DNA from: Betaproteobacteria bacterium
Lineage (GTDB): Bacteria; Pseudomonadota; Gammaproteobacteria; Burkholderiales; CAIKXV01
Assembly: GCA_021298815.1 (NCBI GenBank)
Contig: JAJTHE010000040.1
Span: 3,999 to 67,998, forward strand
Length of the DNA stretch: 64,000 bases
Reading direction: 5' to 3'
Positions 9,023 through 18,314 of the stretch are shown one piece after another. Both the position numbers and the translations under genes were made by a program. The first letter of the stretch is position 1, and every line of letters starts with the position of its first letter. Under the pieces are notes generated by a model. That model saw only the letters and a list, made by a program, of their open reading frames with translations. It searched no databases and was not told the origin of the DNA.

Positions 9023-9032
9023 TGTGATCACA
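9023..9032. promoter_or_regulatory. Perfect palindrome TGTGATCACA, right copy
   Basis: Read directly. It abuts the GAGGAG ribosome-binding site and ends 13 nt before ATG 9046. Confidence 0.4.
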
Positions 9033-9045
9033 GAGGAGAACCCCG

Positions 9046-10092
9046 ATGTCCGCTTCCCGCATGTCGTGCAAGACCGCAGCCGCATCCTCCCGCCAGGCGT
9101 CGCGCAACACCCGCCGCCCGCTGCTCGCCGCTTCCGGGGCGCTCGCGGTGCTCGCCGCGGCGCTGCCCGCCATCGCCGCCGCACAGGGGACCCCGTATCC
9201 CAACCGGCCCATCCGGTTCATGGTGCCGTTCGCCGCCGGCGGCGTGTCCGACATCCTCGGCCGCGTGATGGCCGCGAAGATGTCCGAGGTGATCGGCCAG
9301 GCGGTGATCGTCGAGAACCGCGGCGGTGCCGGCGGCACGGTCGGCGCCGACGTGGTGGCGAACGCCAACCCGGACGGCTACATGATCATGCTGTCCAGCC
9401 TGACCACGCAGTCGATCGCGCCGCACATGCTGAAGAAGGTGCCGTACAACACGCAGAGCGCGTTCACGCCGATCGCCGGCGTCGCGCTGTCGCCGAACAT
9501 CATGTCGATCGGCGCCAACCAGCCGATGAAGACGCTGAAGGACGTGATCGCCTTTGCCAAGGGCAACCCGGGCAAGATGAGCTACGGTTCTTCGGGACTG
9601 GGCAGCGTCGGCCACCTCACCGGCGAGATCCTGCGCTCCCTGACCGGGGTCGACATGACCCATGTACCGTTCAAGAGCGCGGGCGTCGCCTACCCGGACG
9701 TGCTCGCCGGCAACATCACCATGGTGATCGACACCCTGCCGTCGGCGCTGCAGCACATCAAGACCGGCACCGTGCGTCCGATCGTGATGCTGTCCCCGAA
9801 GCGCACGCCGCTGCTGCCGGACGTGCAGACCATCACCGAGGCCGGCTATCCCGAGGCCACCCTCAACTTCTGGTCGGGCATCTTCGGGCCGGCCGGGATA
9901 CCGCCGGCCGTGGTCGCGCGCCTGAACGAGGTGATCGTGAAGTCGCTCGCGGCGCAGGACGTGCGCGAGCGGCTGGCGACGCTCGGCGCCGACCCGTGGC
10001 CGGTTTCCGCGGACGAACTCGGCACGCGCGCGCGCGAGGACTTCGTGCGCATGGGCAAGATCATCAAGGCTGCCGGTCTCGGGCCGGAGTGA
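9046..10092 (+). CDS. Bug/TctC-family periplasmic solute-binding protein
   Basis: 348-aa track ORF. A twin-Arg-like n-region (NTRRPLLAASGALAVLAAALPAIAAAQG) is followed by TPYPNRPIRFMVPFAAGGVSD. GAGGAG SD is present. Confidence 0.9.
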   Translation: MSASRMSCKTAAASSRQASRNTRRPLLAASGALAVLAAALPAIAAAQGTPYPNRPIRFMVPFAAGGVSDILGRVMAAKMSEVIGQAVIVENRGGAGGTVGADVVANANPDGYMIMLSSLTTQSIAPHMLKKVPYNTQSAFTPIAGVALSPNIMSIGANQPMKTLKDVIAFAKGNPGKMSYGSSGLGSVGHLTGEILRSLTGVDMTHVPFKSAGVAYPDVLAGNITMVIDTLPSALQHIKTGTVRPIVMLSPKRTPLLPDVQTITEAGYPEATLNFWSGIFGPAGIPPAVVARLNEVIVKSLAAQDVRERLATLGADPWPVSADELGTRAREDFVRMGKIIKAAGLGPE

Positions 10093-10106
10093 CCGCAGGG
10101 CACAGC

Positions 10107-10138
10107 GCCGGGGCGGCGGGACGCACCGTCGCCCCGGC
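10107..10138. terminator. GC-rich hairpin between convergent genes (9-bp stem GCCGGGGCG/CGCCCCGGC, 14-nt loop)
   Basis: Read directly in the 60-nt gap between the TctC stop (10092) and the acyl-CoA synthetase stop (10153). There is no U-tract. Confidence 0.35.
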
Positions 10139-10152
10139 CACCTGCCGGGGCA

Positions 10153-11754
10153 TCAGCCCGCCAGCGACAGCCCGCTGGCGGAGCCGGCCAGCACCGCCTT
10201 GACCGCGCGCCGGTCGATCTTCCCGGCGCCGTTCAGCGGCAACTGGTCCTCGGGCACGATCTGCACCAGCCTCGGATGGGCATACTTGGGGCCGTTGTCC
10301 AGGCAATGCTGGCGGATCCCGTCGGCATCGGCGGCAGCCCCCCGGTTGAGCACCACCATAGCCGCCGGCACCCAACCCTTGACCGCATGCGGCACCGCGA
10401 CCACCACCGCGTTGGCGACCGCGGGATGGCGGAACAGCAGATCCTCCACTTCCTTCGGATAGATGTTCTCGCCGCCGCAGGAGAACATGTCGTCCACGCG
10501 CGACTTGAAGTAGAAGAAGCCGGCGGTATCGCGCCGTACCACGTCGCCGGTGCGCAGCCAGCCATCGACCAGCTTCTCGCGCGTGGCGTCCGGCCGCTTG
10601 TGGTAGCCGATGCAGTTGTACGGAGACTTCAGCCATAGCTCGCCCTCGATCGGACCGGGGGTCGCGAGGTCCACTTCGCTGCCATCCTCCGCCGTGAGGC
10701 GCACGCCCATCTCGGGCGCGAGCACGCCGGCCGAGCCGCGCGGCACCGCGCGGCCGTCGAGCGGCGCGCGGAACGGGCTGCCGCCCTCGGTCAGCCCGTA
10801 GCTTTCGCCCACCTTGACGCCGGGCAGCGCACGCTCGACCTCGTCCATCAGCTCGGGCGTCACCACCGCCGAGCCGATGGTCAGGCTCTTCAGCGCCGAC
10901 AGGTCGAGCGAGGCGATCAGGTCGCGCTGCTGCAGCAGCATGGTGAACACGGCGGCCACGCCCCTGGAGTAGGTGCAGCGGTACCTGGCCAGTGCCTCGA
11001 GGTAGCCCTTCGGCTCGTAGCCCGGCATCAGCACGAACGAGGCCCCGGCGAACAGCGCCGGCTTCACGGTGCCGCGCATCGCGTTCTTGTGGAACAGCGG
11101 CAGCGCGATCATCCCGCGCGCCTCGCTCGACGTCGGCCAGTAGCGCTGGTTGTAGTCGACGTACCAGAGCATCCCCGAGTGCGTCATCATCGCGCCCTTG
11201 GGCAACCCGGTGGAGCCGGAGGTGTAGGGCTGGAACGCCTGCGCGTCGGGCGCCAGCGGCGGTGGCGCATCGAAGCGCGGGCTGGCATCGCGCGCGGCGG
11301 CATAGGCCAGCCAGCCAGGCTCGTCCACCGGCTCGGTCGAGATCCGGTGGGCGATGCCCGCGTCGCGGGCGACATCGACCGCCGCCGCATGCACCGCAGG
11401 CTCGACGAACACCGCCTGGCACTCGGCGTCCTCGAGGATGAACTTCAGCGTGTCGCGCGCGAGGCGGGTGTTGATCGGCACCGGGATCGCGCCGGTGCGC
11501 ATCGTGCCGAAGAAGATCTCGAGGAACTCGGAGCGGTTGCCGACCACCATGCCCACCCGCTCGCCGGCGCGCACGCCCAGCCCGTGCAGCAGCCCGGCGA
11601 CACGGTCGGCGCGCTCGTCCAGCATCGCATAGGTGACCTGCCGCTCCACGCCGCCATGCAGGTCGTAGATCGCCGTCTTGTCAGGCGATCGCTCGACCGA
11701 GGCAGAGAAGAAGTAGCCGAGGTTGGCGGCACGGTTGGCGTCGACTGTGGGCAT
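10153..11754 (-). CDS. AMP-dependent acyl-CoA synthetase/ligase
   Basis: 533-aa track ORF with AMP-binding motif YTSGSTGLPKGAMMTH, plus GESYGLTEG, WLRTGDV and C-terminal NGAGKIDRRAV. GAGGAC SD is present. Confidence 0.9.
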   Translation of the reverse strand: MPTVDANRAANLGYFFSASVERSPDKTAIYDLHGGVERQVTYAMLDERADRVAGLLHGLGVRAGERVGMVVGNRSEFLEIFFGTMRTGAIPVPINTRLARDTLKFILEDAECQAVFVEPAVHAAAVDVARDAGIAHRISTEPVDEPGWLAYAAARDASPRFDAPPPLAPDAQAFQPYTSGSTGLPKGAMMTHSGMLWYVDYNQRYWPTSSEARGMIALPLFHKNAMRGTVKPALFAGASFVLMPGYEPKGYLEALARYRCTYSRGVAAVFTMLLQQRDLIASLDLSALKSLTIGSAVVTPELMDEVERALPGVKVGESYGLTEGGSPFRAPLDGRAVPRGSAGVLAPEMGVRLTAEDGSEVDLATPGPIEGELWLKSPYNCIGYHKRPDATREKLVDGWLRTGDVVRRDTAGFFYFKSRVDDMFSCGGENIYPKEVEDLLFRHPAVANAVVVAVPHAVKGWVPAAMVVLNRGAAADADGIRQHCLDNGPKYAHPRLVQIVPEDQLPLNGAGKIDRRAVKAVLAGSASGLSLAG

Positions 11755-11799
11755 CCGGGTGTCCTCGGCTACGTTCGCGGGCAGGGTTGGAAGGCGCGC

Positions 11800-13095
11800 T
11801 CAGCGCGCGGCGGCGGCCGTGGCGGGGACGGCGAATGCCGGCTCGCGCCCGAGGTAGCCGGCGATGACCCAGGCATAGACCTTCGCCGCGTCGAACACCT
11901 TGTCGACCGAGGCCAGGTCGAGGTCGGTGTGCGCGAACGACTGCTCGCCGGGACCGAAGTTGGCGGTGGGGATGCCCACGTGGTTCAGGTAGCCCTGGTC
12001 ATGCGCGGACTGCCCGTAGAAGGTGCCGACCTCGCGCGCGAGCATCGCGCTGCAGCCGGCCTGCAGCAGCCGGGCCGGCAGCGAGTCCTCGGAGACCAGG
12101 CTCGGGTACATGTAGGCACCAGCCTCGACGTCCACCCGGAACGGCTTGCCGGAGATCGGATCGGGCCAGTCGTCCATCGAGCGCGCCACCGCCTCGATGC
12201 GGGCCACCGCCGCCTGCGGATCGTCGCCGGGGAGCAGGCGCTGGTCGAGCTTCACCACGCACCTGCCCTGCACCGTGTGGGTCGACTTCGGGAAGCTCTC
12301 GATGCCGTTGCAGGTGAGCCAGGCCGTACCCAGGCCCGCGTGGCTGAGGGTGTTCGGGATCTCGATCGCCAGCCGGCGCAGGAACTCCATCGCGCCGACG
12401 ATCGCGTTCGCGCCTTCGTTCGGCCGGCTGGAATGGCTGGGCGACCCGTTCACCGTGGCGGTGACGTCGACGCGGCCGCGGTTACCGAGCTGCAGCTGCA
12501 TCGCGTTGCCGTAGACATAGGCGAGGTCGGCGCGCACGCCCTCCTTCTCGACCACATGGCTGATCGCCAGCGGATTTCCGGTCTCGCCGGACACCAGGCA
12601 GAGCAGCACCAGCCGACCGTCCAGCACGACGCCGGCATCGCGCACCGCCTCGATCGCATGGATCACCGCGGCCAGCGTGCCCTTCTGCTCGCTCGCGCCC
12701 TTGCCCAGCACCGCCTCGCCCGGCATGCCGTGCGGACGGCCGTCGATGATCGTGGCGCCGTACGGATCGGGCATCGTGTTGGGCGGCTGGTTCATCGCAT
12801 GCATCACCAGCATCAGCGAGCGCGAAGCATCCGGCGGCCCCATCTCGGCGATCATGTTGCCCAGCGCATCCTGGCGCACCCGCGTGAAGCCGAGCCCTGC
12901 CATGCGCGGGACCATCGCGGTGCGGATGAACTCGCGCAGCTGCGGCTCGGCCTCCAGCAGGTCGGTCTGCGGGCTGGGCACGCGCAGCACCTCCTGCAGC
13001 ACGGTGCGCGCCCGCTCGTACGACAGGACCGGCGCGAGCTTCGCGGCCAGTGCCTGCGCGGCGCCCGACAGGGTGTTGCGTTCCGATTCGCTCAT
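11800..13095 (-). CDS. M20-family metallopeptidase/deacylase
   Basis: 431-aa track ORF with M20-like segments (LMLVMHAMNQ, GKGASEQKGTLAAVIHAIEAV, VSGETG, NGSPSHSSRP). It is a paralogue-like relative of the gene at 213..1508. Confidence 0.8.
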   Translation of the reverse strand: MSESERNTLSGAAQALAAKLAPVLSYERARTVLQEVLRVPSPQTDLLEAEPQLREFIRTAMVPRMAGLGFTRVRQDALGNMIAEMGPPDASRSLMLVMHAMNQPPNTMPDPYGATIIDGRPHGMPGEAVLGKGASEQKGTLAAVIHAIEAVRDAGVVLDGRLVLLCLVSGETGNPLAISHVVEKEGVRADLAYVYGNAMQLQLGNRGRVDVTATVNGSPSHSSRPNEGANAIVGAMEFLRRLAIEIPNTLSHAGLGTAWLTCNGIESFPKSTHTVQGRCVVKLDQRLLPGDDPQAAVARIEAVARSMDDWPDPISGKPFRVDVEAGAYMYPSLVSEDSLPARLLQAGCSAMLAREVGTFYGQSAHDQGYLNHVGIPTANFGPGEQSFAHTDLDLASVDKVFDAAKVYAWVIAGYLGREPAFAVPATAAAAR

Positions 13096-13142
13096 CGCTG
13101 GCTGCCTGTTCTATAGTCGGTCCATCCACCGGAGAGTCTATC

Positions 13143-14615
13143 TTGAGTTCACTGCTGATTCGAGACGCCGCGATCCTCACCCTCGACCGGGACGACCGGT
13201 ACCTCGCGCGCGGCGACATCCATGTCGTGGATGGACGCATCGTCTCGGTGCACGCCGCCGGCGACGCAGGCGGCGGGCCGGGCACGCGCGGCACCGACGG
13301 CGCGCCCGCGGCCGACCGCGTGGTCGATGGACGCGGACTGCTGGCCGCGCCGGGGCTCGTCAATGCACATACGCATTCGCCGGGGGCGCTGCTCGCCGGC
13401 ACCATGGATACCGAGAGCCATCCGGCCTTCATGTGGCTGAACCAGGCGGACACCAGCGGGCGCACCCCGCAGGAGGTCTACATCAGCGCGATGCTCAACG
13501 CGGTGCAGATGCTGCTCGCGGGCGTGACCACCGCGATCGACCATTTCCCCGCGCAGAACTTCGGGCCCGAGGACATCGCCGCGGCGACGCGCGCCTATGC
13601 GGACAGCGGGATGCGCATGGTGCTCGCGGTACGCATCTTCGACGACACCTTCGGCGACATCTTCCCGCGCGACACGAAGCTGCCGCCCGACCTGGAACGC
13701 GAGCTCGCCCGGGTCGCCCCGCTGCCGCCGAAGCCGCTGGCGCAGACGCGCGAGCTGACCGAGGACGCGATCGCCCGCTACCACGCGCCGGCGCGGCGCC
13801 TGTCGGTGTTCCCCGCCCCGACCAACCCGGTGCGCTGCACCGACGCCCTGCTCGAGATGAGCCGCGACATCGCCGAGCGCTTCGGCGTGGGCATCCATAC
13901 CCACCTGCTGGAATCGAAGGTGCAGACCCGGCTCGCGCAGGAGCGCCACGGCTGCACGATGGTCGAGCACCTCGAACGGCTGGGGATGCTGTCGCCGAAG
14001 CTGTCCTGCGCGCACACCATCTGGATCGACGACCCGGACATCGAGCGGCTGGCCCGCCATGGCGTGGTGGTGGTGCACAACCCGGAGAGCAACCTGAAGC
14101 TCGGCACCGGCATCGCGCCGATCGGGCGCATGGTCGCCGCCGGGGTGACCGTCGCGCTGGGCAGCGACGGCAACGTCACCAACGACAACCAGCAGCTGCA
14201 CGAGGCGATGCGCCTCGCCGCCTGCCTGGGCCGGGTGGTCGAACCGGACCGGCGCAAGTGGGTCACCGCCCGGCAGGCGCTGGCGATGGCCACGCGCGGC
14301 GGTGCCGCCGCCGCGCAGCTCGCCGACATCGGCCGGATCGAGGCTGGCTGCCGCGCCGACATCGTCCTGTACGACCTGTCACGGCCCGAGTGGACGCCGG
14401 TCAACGACCCGGTGCGGCAGATGGTGTTCTCGGAGACCGGCGCCTCGGTGCACACGGTGGTGGTCGACGGCCGCGTGCTGGTCGAGGCGGGACGCATCAC
14501 CGCGTTCGACGCGGCCGCGGTGATCGCCGAAGCGAAGCCGATGCTGGCGGCGATCCGCGAACGTAACCGCGACCTCTACGCATTCGCCCGCCGGATGGGC
14601 GAGCTGTTCCCCTGA
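13143..14615 (+). CDS. Amidohydrolase-superfamily enzyme (aminohydrolase/deaminase/chlorohydrolase-like)
   Basis: Track ORF 13050..14615 trimmed to TTG 13143, which has GGAGAG SD 6 nt upstream (MSSLLIRDAAILTLD). Metal-binding His motifs VNAHTHSPG and GIHTHLLES are present, plus VVHNPESNLKLGTG and GSDG. Confidence 0.85.
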   Translation: MSSLLIRDAAILTLDRDDRYLARGDIHVVDGRIVSVHAAGDAGGGPGTRGTDGAPAADRVVDGRGLLAAPGLVNAHTHSPGALLAGTMDTESHPAFMWLNQADTSGRTPQEVYISAMLNAVQMLLAGVTTAIDHFPAQNFGPEDIAAATRAYADSGMRMVLAVRIFDDTFGDIFPRDTKLPPDLERELARVAPLPPKPLAQTRELTEDAIARYHAPARRLSVFPAPTNPVRCTDALLEMSRDIAERFGVGIHTHLLESKVQTRLAQERHGCTMVEHLERLGMLSPKLSCAHTIWIDDPDIERLARHGVVVVHNPESNLKLGTGIAPIGRMVAAGVTVALGSDGNVTNDNQQLHEAMRLAACLGRVVEPDRRKWVTARQALAMATRGGAAAAQLADIGRIEAGCRADIVLYDLSRPEWTPVNDPVRQMVFSETGASVHTVVVDGRVLVEAGRITAFDAAAVIAEAKPMLAAIRERNRDLYAFARRMGELFP

Positions 14616-14675
14616 CGCGCAGCCTGCCATCGCGTTCGTACCCGTTCCCCACCACCACCGAGACAGGAGACCCCG

Positions 14676-15098
14676 ATGGCCGACGTCGTGCCGCACCTCA
14701 AGCTCACCCATGAAGGCGCCATGAAGATGCTGGCCGCAGGCATGGCGAAGGCGAAGGCGATGGGCCAGGACCAGTGCATCACCATCGTCGACGACGGCGG
14801 ACACCTGCTCGCCTTCGTGCGCATGGACGGCGGCCGCGTGCTATCCACCCACACGTCGCGCAAGAAGGCGATGACCGCCGCGTCCAACCGAAAGCCGACC
14901 GGCAGCCTCGATCCGGCCAACGAGGTGAAGCTGGCGATCGCCTCGGACGGCATGATGACCAACCTGATGGGCGGGCTGCCGATCATCGTCGACGGCCATG
15001 TGATCGGCGCGGTGGGCGTTGGCTCCGGCACCGGCGAGCAGGACCTCGAAGTGGCGAAGGCGGCCATCGCCGCGCTGCCGGGGGCGCAGGCCTTCTGA
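14676..15098 (+). CDS. GlcG/HbpS-like (DUF336) haem-binding-type protein
   Basis: 140-aa track ORF. LTHEGAMKMLAAGMAKAKAMG..ITIVDDGGHLLAFVRMDG..GGLPIIVDGHVIGAVGVGSGTGEQD is the typical family pattern. AGGAGA SD is present. Confidence 0.85.
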   Translation: MADVVPHLKLTHEGAMKMLAAGMAKAKAMGQDQCITIVDDGGHLLAFVRMDGGRVLSTHTSRKKAMTAASNRKPTGSLDPANEVKLAIASDGMMTNLMGGLPIIVDGHVIGAVGVGSGTGEQDLEVAKAAIAALPGAQAF

Positions 15099-15217
15099 GG
15101 CGGGGCCGCCGCCGGGCCGGGCGGCGGGCGGCGTCGCTGCGCCGGCAGGAAGGTGGGCACGCTGGACACGCCGCCCGGGATTGCCTGCCCCGACAGCCGG
15201 GCGGAGGATCCGGAAAC

Positions 15218-15242
15218 TTCAGGAATTCCTGAAATTTCAGGA
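15218..15242. promoter_or_regulatory. Triple half-site operator candidate TTCAGGA-AT-TCCTGAA-AT-TTCAGGA
   Basis: Read directly. It comprises two overlapping perfect 16-bp palindromes (15218-15233 and 15227-15242) in an AT-rich patch 50 nt upstream of the GbsR-type regulator ATG. Confidence 0.55.
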
Positions 15243-15292
15243 TCGAGGTTGTCCTGCGCCTGTCCAGCGCCGGCTGCCCGACCCTTGCCGCC

Positions 15293-15871
15293 ATGGAAAC
15301 ACTGCCGCCGCTGGTCCGCGATTTCGTCCTGCACTTCGGGGAAATGGGCAGCCGCTGGGGGATCAACCGCACCGTCGGGCAGATCTACGCGCTGCTGTTC
15401 GTGTCGCCACGCCCGCTCAACGCCGACGAGATCGCCGAAGCCCTGGGCTTTTCGCGCTCCAACGTCAGCATGGGCCTCAAGGAACTGCAGTCGTGGCGGC
15501 TGACCCAGCCGCACCACCTGCCCGGCGACCGCCGTGAATACTTCGCCGCCCCGCAGGACGTGTGGACGATCTTCCGCACCCTGGCGGAGGAACGGAAGAA
15601 GCGCGAGGTCGAGCCGACGCTCACCATGCTGCGCGGCGCGCTGCTGCAGACGCCGTCGGGCGACGCCGAGCGCCATGCCCAGCAGCGGATGCGCGAGATG
15701 CATGATCTGGTGGAACTGATCACGTTGTGGTTCGACGACGTCGGCAAGCTGGATCCGGCTACGCTGGTGCCGCTGATGAAGATGGGTTCCACGGTCGCAA
15801 AGGTCCTCGAGATGAAGCAGAAGATCACCCAGCTGGCCGGCGGCAGGCAACGCACCGTCGCCGCCGAATGA
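15293..15871 (+). CDS. GbsR/MarR-family winged-helix transcriptional regulator
   Basis: 192-aa track ORF. FVLHFGEMGSRWGINRTVGQIYALLFVSPRPLNADEIAEALGFSRSNVSMGLKELQSW matches the GbsR-type N-terminal wHTH as I remember it. It ends 15 nt before cydA. Confidence 0.8.
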   Translation: METLPPLVRDFVLHFGEMGSRWGINRTVGQIYALLFVSPRPLNADEIAEALGFSRSNVSMGLKELQSWRLTQPHHLPGDRREYFAAPQDVWTIFRTLAEERKKREVEPTLTMLRGALLQTPSGDAERHAQQRMREMHDLVELITLWFDDVGKLDPATLVPLMKMGSTVAKVLEMKQKITQLAGGRQRTVAAE

Positions 15872-15886
15872 CCGGGAACCGCAGCC

Positions 15887-17272
15887 ATGCTCGAGTCCGC
15901 CATCACCGCCGCAGCCACCCCCGACGCGCTGCTGCTCGCACGCATACAGTTCGCGGCCAACATCACGTTCCACATCCTGTTCCCGACGATCACCATCGCG
16001 CTCGCCTGGGTGCTGCTGTTCTTCAAGCTGCGCTTCAACGCCACCGGCGATGCGAAGTGGATGGATGCGTACTATTTCTGGGTGAAGGTGTTCGCCCTGA
16101 CCTTCGCGTTGGGCGTAGTCAGCGGCATCACGATGAGCTTCCAGTTCGGCACCAACTGGCCGGGCTTCATGGAGACGGTCGGCAACATCGCCGGGCCCCT
16201 GCTCGCCTACGAGGTGCTCACCGCCTTCTTCCTCGAGGCGACCTTCCTCGGCATCATGCTGTTCGGCTACCAGCGTGTGGGCAACCGCATGCACACGGTC
16301 GCCACGGTGCTGGTGGCCTTCGGCACGTCCATGTCGGCGTTCTGGATCCTGGTGCTGAACTCGTGGATGCACACGCCGGCCGGCTTCGAGATGATCGACG
16401 GCAAGGCGCATGCCACGGACTGGCTGGCGATCGTGTTCAACCCGTCGCTGCCCTATCGGCTCACCCACATGATGATCGCCTCCGGGCTGACCGTCGCCTT
16501 CCTGGTCGCAGGCATCAGCGCATGGCGCCTGCTGCGCGGCGATCGCACGCCCGCGGTGATGGCGACGCTGAAGGTCGGGACCTGGCTGGGTGCGATCCTG
16601 ATCCCGCTGCAGATCGTGGTCGGTGACCTGCACGGGCTCAACACGCTCGAACACCAGCCGGCGAAGATCGCTGCGATCGAAGGCGTCTGGGAGACCGAAC
16701 GCGGTGCGCCACTGCTGCTGTTCGCGCTGCCCAACGCGCAGACCCGCAGCAACGACTACGCGCTGGGCGTGCCCAACCTCGCGTCGCTGATCCTCACCCA
16801 TGAATGGGACGGTGAGCTGAAGGGCCTGTCCGAGTTCGACGGCATGCATCCGCCGGTGGCCCCGGTGTTCTGGGCGTTCCGCATCATGGTCGGCACCGGC
16901 CTGCTGATGCTGGCGGTGTCGTGGTTCGCGGCCTGGCGGTTGCGGCGCGACGGCACCGTGCCGCCGGCACTGGCGCGGGTGATGGTGGTGATGACCTTCT
17001 CCGGCTGGGTGGCGACGGTGTCGGGCTGGTACGTGACCGAGATCGGACGCCAGCCCTGGCTGGTGCAGGGCGTACTGTCCACGGCCGATGCCGCCTCCGC
17101 CGTACCGGCGGCGGCCGTAGGAACCACCCTCGCCCTCTACCTGACCCTGTACGTGCTGCTGCTGGCCGCCTATGTCGGCGCCCTCTTCCACCTGGCGCGC
17201 AAGGGTGACCGCTCCAGTGCACCGGGCACGCCAGCGACCGGTGCCGCGGTCGCCGGCGGCCTGCGCGCCTGA
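15887..17272 (+). CDS. cydA: Cytochrome bd-type ubiquinol oxidase subunit I (short form, CIO-like)
   Basis: 461-aa track ORF with the typical CydA N-terminus LLLARIQFAANITFHILFPTITIALAWVLLFF and a polytopic membrane profile. The short length suggests a short Q-loop (cyanide-insensitive type). Confidence 0.9.
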   Translation: MLESAITAAATPDALLLARIQFAANITFHILFPTITIALAWVLLFFKLRFNATGDAKWMDAYYFWVKVFALTFALGVVSGITMSFQFGTNWPGFMETVGNIAGPLLAYEVLTAFFLEATFLGIMLFGYQRVGNRMHTVATVLVAFGTSMSAFWILVLNSWMHTPAGFEMIDGKAHATDWLAIVFNPSLPYRLTHMMIASGLTVAFLVAGISAWRLLRGDRTPAVMATLKVGTWLGAILIPLQIVVGDLHGLNTLEHQPAKIAAIEGVWETERGAPLLLFALPNAQTRSNDYALGVPNLASLILTHEWDGELKGLSEFDGMHPPVAPVFWAFRIMVGTGLLMLAVSWFAAWRLRRDGTVPPALARVMVVMTFSGWVATVSGWYVTEIGRQPWLVQGVLSTADAASAVPAAAVGTTLALYLTLYVLLLAAYVGALFHLARKGDRSSAPGTPATGAAVAGGLRA

Positions 17273-17273
17273 C

Positions 17274-18296
17274 ATGGACTACGCGATGCCGGACCTGTCC
17301 ACGCCGGCCGGATGGCTGCCCGTGGTGTTTCTCGCCCTGATGGGCATCTCGATGCTCGCCTACGTGGTGCTGGACGGCTACGACCTCGGCGTCGGCCTGC
17401 TGCTGCGCCACGCATGCGACGCGGACAAGGATCGGATGATCGCGTCCATCGGCCCCTTCTGGGATGCCAACGAGACGTGGCTGGTGCTCGGCGTCGGCCT
17501 GATGCTGACCGCCTTCCCGCTGGCCCATGGCGTGGTGCTGTCCGCACTCTACCTGCCGGTCGCCGCGATGCTGATCGGGCTCACCCTGCGCGGTGTCGCG
17601 TTCGAGTTCCGCGCCAAGGCCGATGCCGCTCACAAGCACCGGTGGAACCTCGCCTTCTTCGCCGGCTCGCTGCTCGCCACCTTCGCCCAGGGCACGATGC
17701 TGGGCTGGTACATCCTCGGCTTCGACCCCGGCACCGGCAGCCTGCTGTTCGCCATGTTCACCGGCTTCGCCCTGTGCGCCGGCTACGGGCTGCTCGGCGC
17801 GACCTGGCTGATCCTCAAGACCGAGGGCGAACTGCAGGTGCACGCGGTCCGCTGGGCCCGGTCCACGCTGTGGGCGACGGCCGCCGGCGTGGCCGCCATT
17901 TCGTTGGCCACGCCGCTGGTCAGCCCGCGCATCTTCGAGAAATGGTTCAGCCTGCCGAACGTGATCGGGCTTGCGCCGATCCCTCTGGCGACGACCGCGC
18001 TGTTCCTGGTGACCGCGACCTTCCTGCAGCGGCTGCCGGCCGCCGAGGATCGCTGGTGCTGGGTGCCCTTCGCCGCGACCGTCGGCGTGTTCGTGCTGGC
18101 CTTCCTCGGCCTCGCCTACAGCCTGTTCCCCTACCTGGTCGTCGACCGCATCACCATCTGGCAGGCGGCCAGCGCGCCGGAGTCGCTGATGATCATCCTG
18201 GTCGGGGCCGCGGTCGTGTTGCCTACCATCTTCGGCTACACCGTCTATGCCTACCGCGTGTTCCGCGGCAAGGCACGCGAGCTCACCTACCTCTGA
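17274..18296 (+). CDS. cydB: Cytochrome bd-type ubiquinol oxidase subunit II
   Basis: Track ORF 17172..18296 trimmed to ATG 17274, 1 nt after the cydA stop. MDYAMPDLSTPAGWLPVVFLALMGISMLAYVVLDGYDLGVG is the CydB hallmark. Confidence 0.9.
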   Translation: MDYAMPDLSTPAGWLPVVFLALMGISMLAYVVLDGYDLGVGLLLRHACDADKDRMIASIGPFWDANETWLVLGVGLMLTAFPLAHGVVLSALYLPVAAMLIGLTLRGVAFEFRAKADAAHKHRWNLAFFAGSLLATFAQGTMLGWYILGFDPGTGSLLFAMFTGFALCAGYGLLGATWLILKTEGELQVHAVRWARSTLWATAAGVAAISLATPLVSPRIFEKWFSLPNVIGLAPIPLATTALFLVTATFLQRLPAAEDRWCWVPFAATVGVFVLAFLGLAYSLFPYLVVDRITIWQAASAPESLMIILVGAAVVLPTIFGYTVYAYRVFRGKARELTYL

Positions 18297-18314
18297 GACC
18301 GACGCCGTCCACGT

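Noticed and set aside
18297-18314. Small accessory oxidase subunit gene (cydX/cioX-like) after cydB, and a ccoS-like ORF after the FixI/CcoI-type ATPase.
   Set aside because: Only 18 nt separate the cydB stop from the convergent MBL gene stop. The ATPase stop overlaps the next gene start. There is no room for such ORFs.
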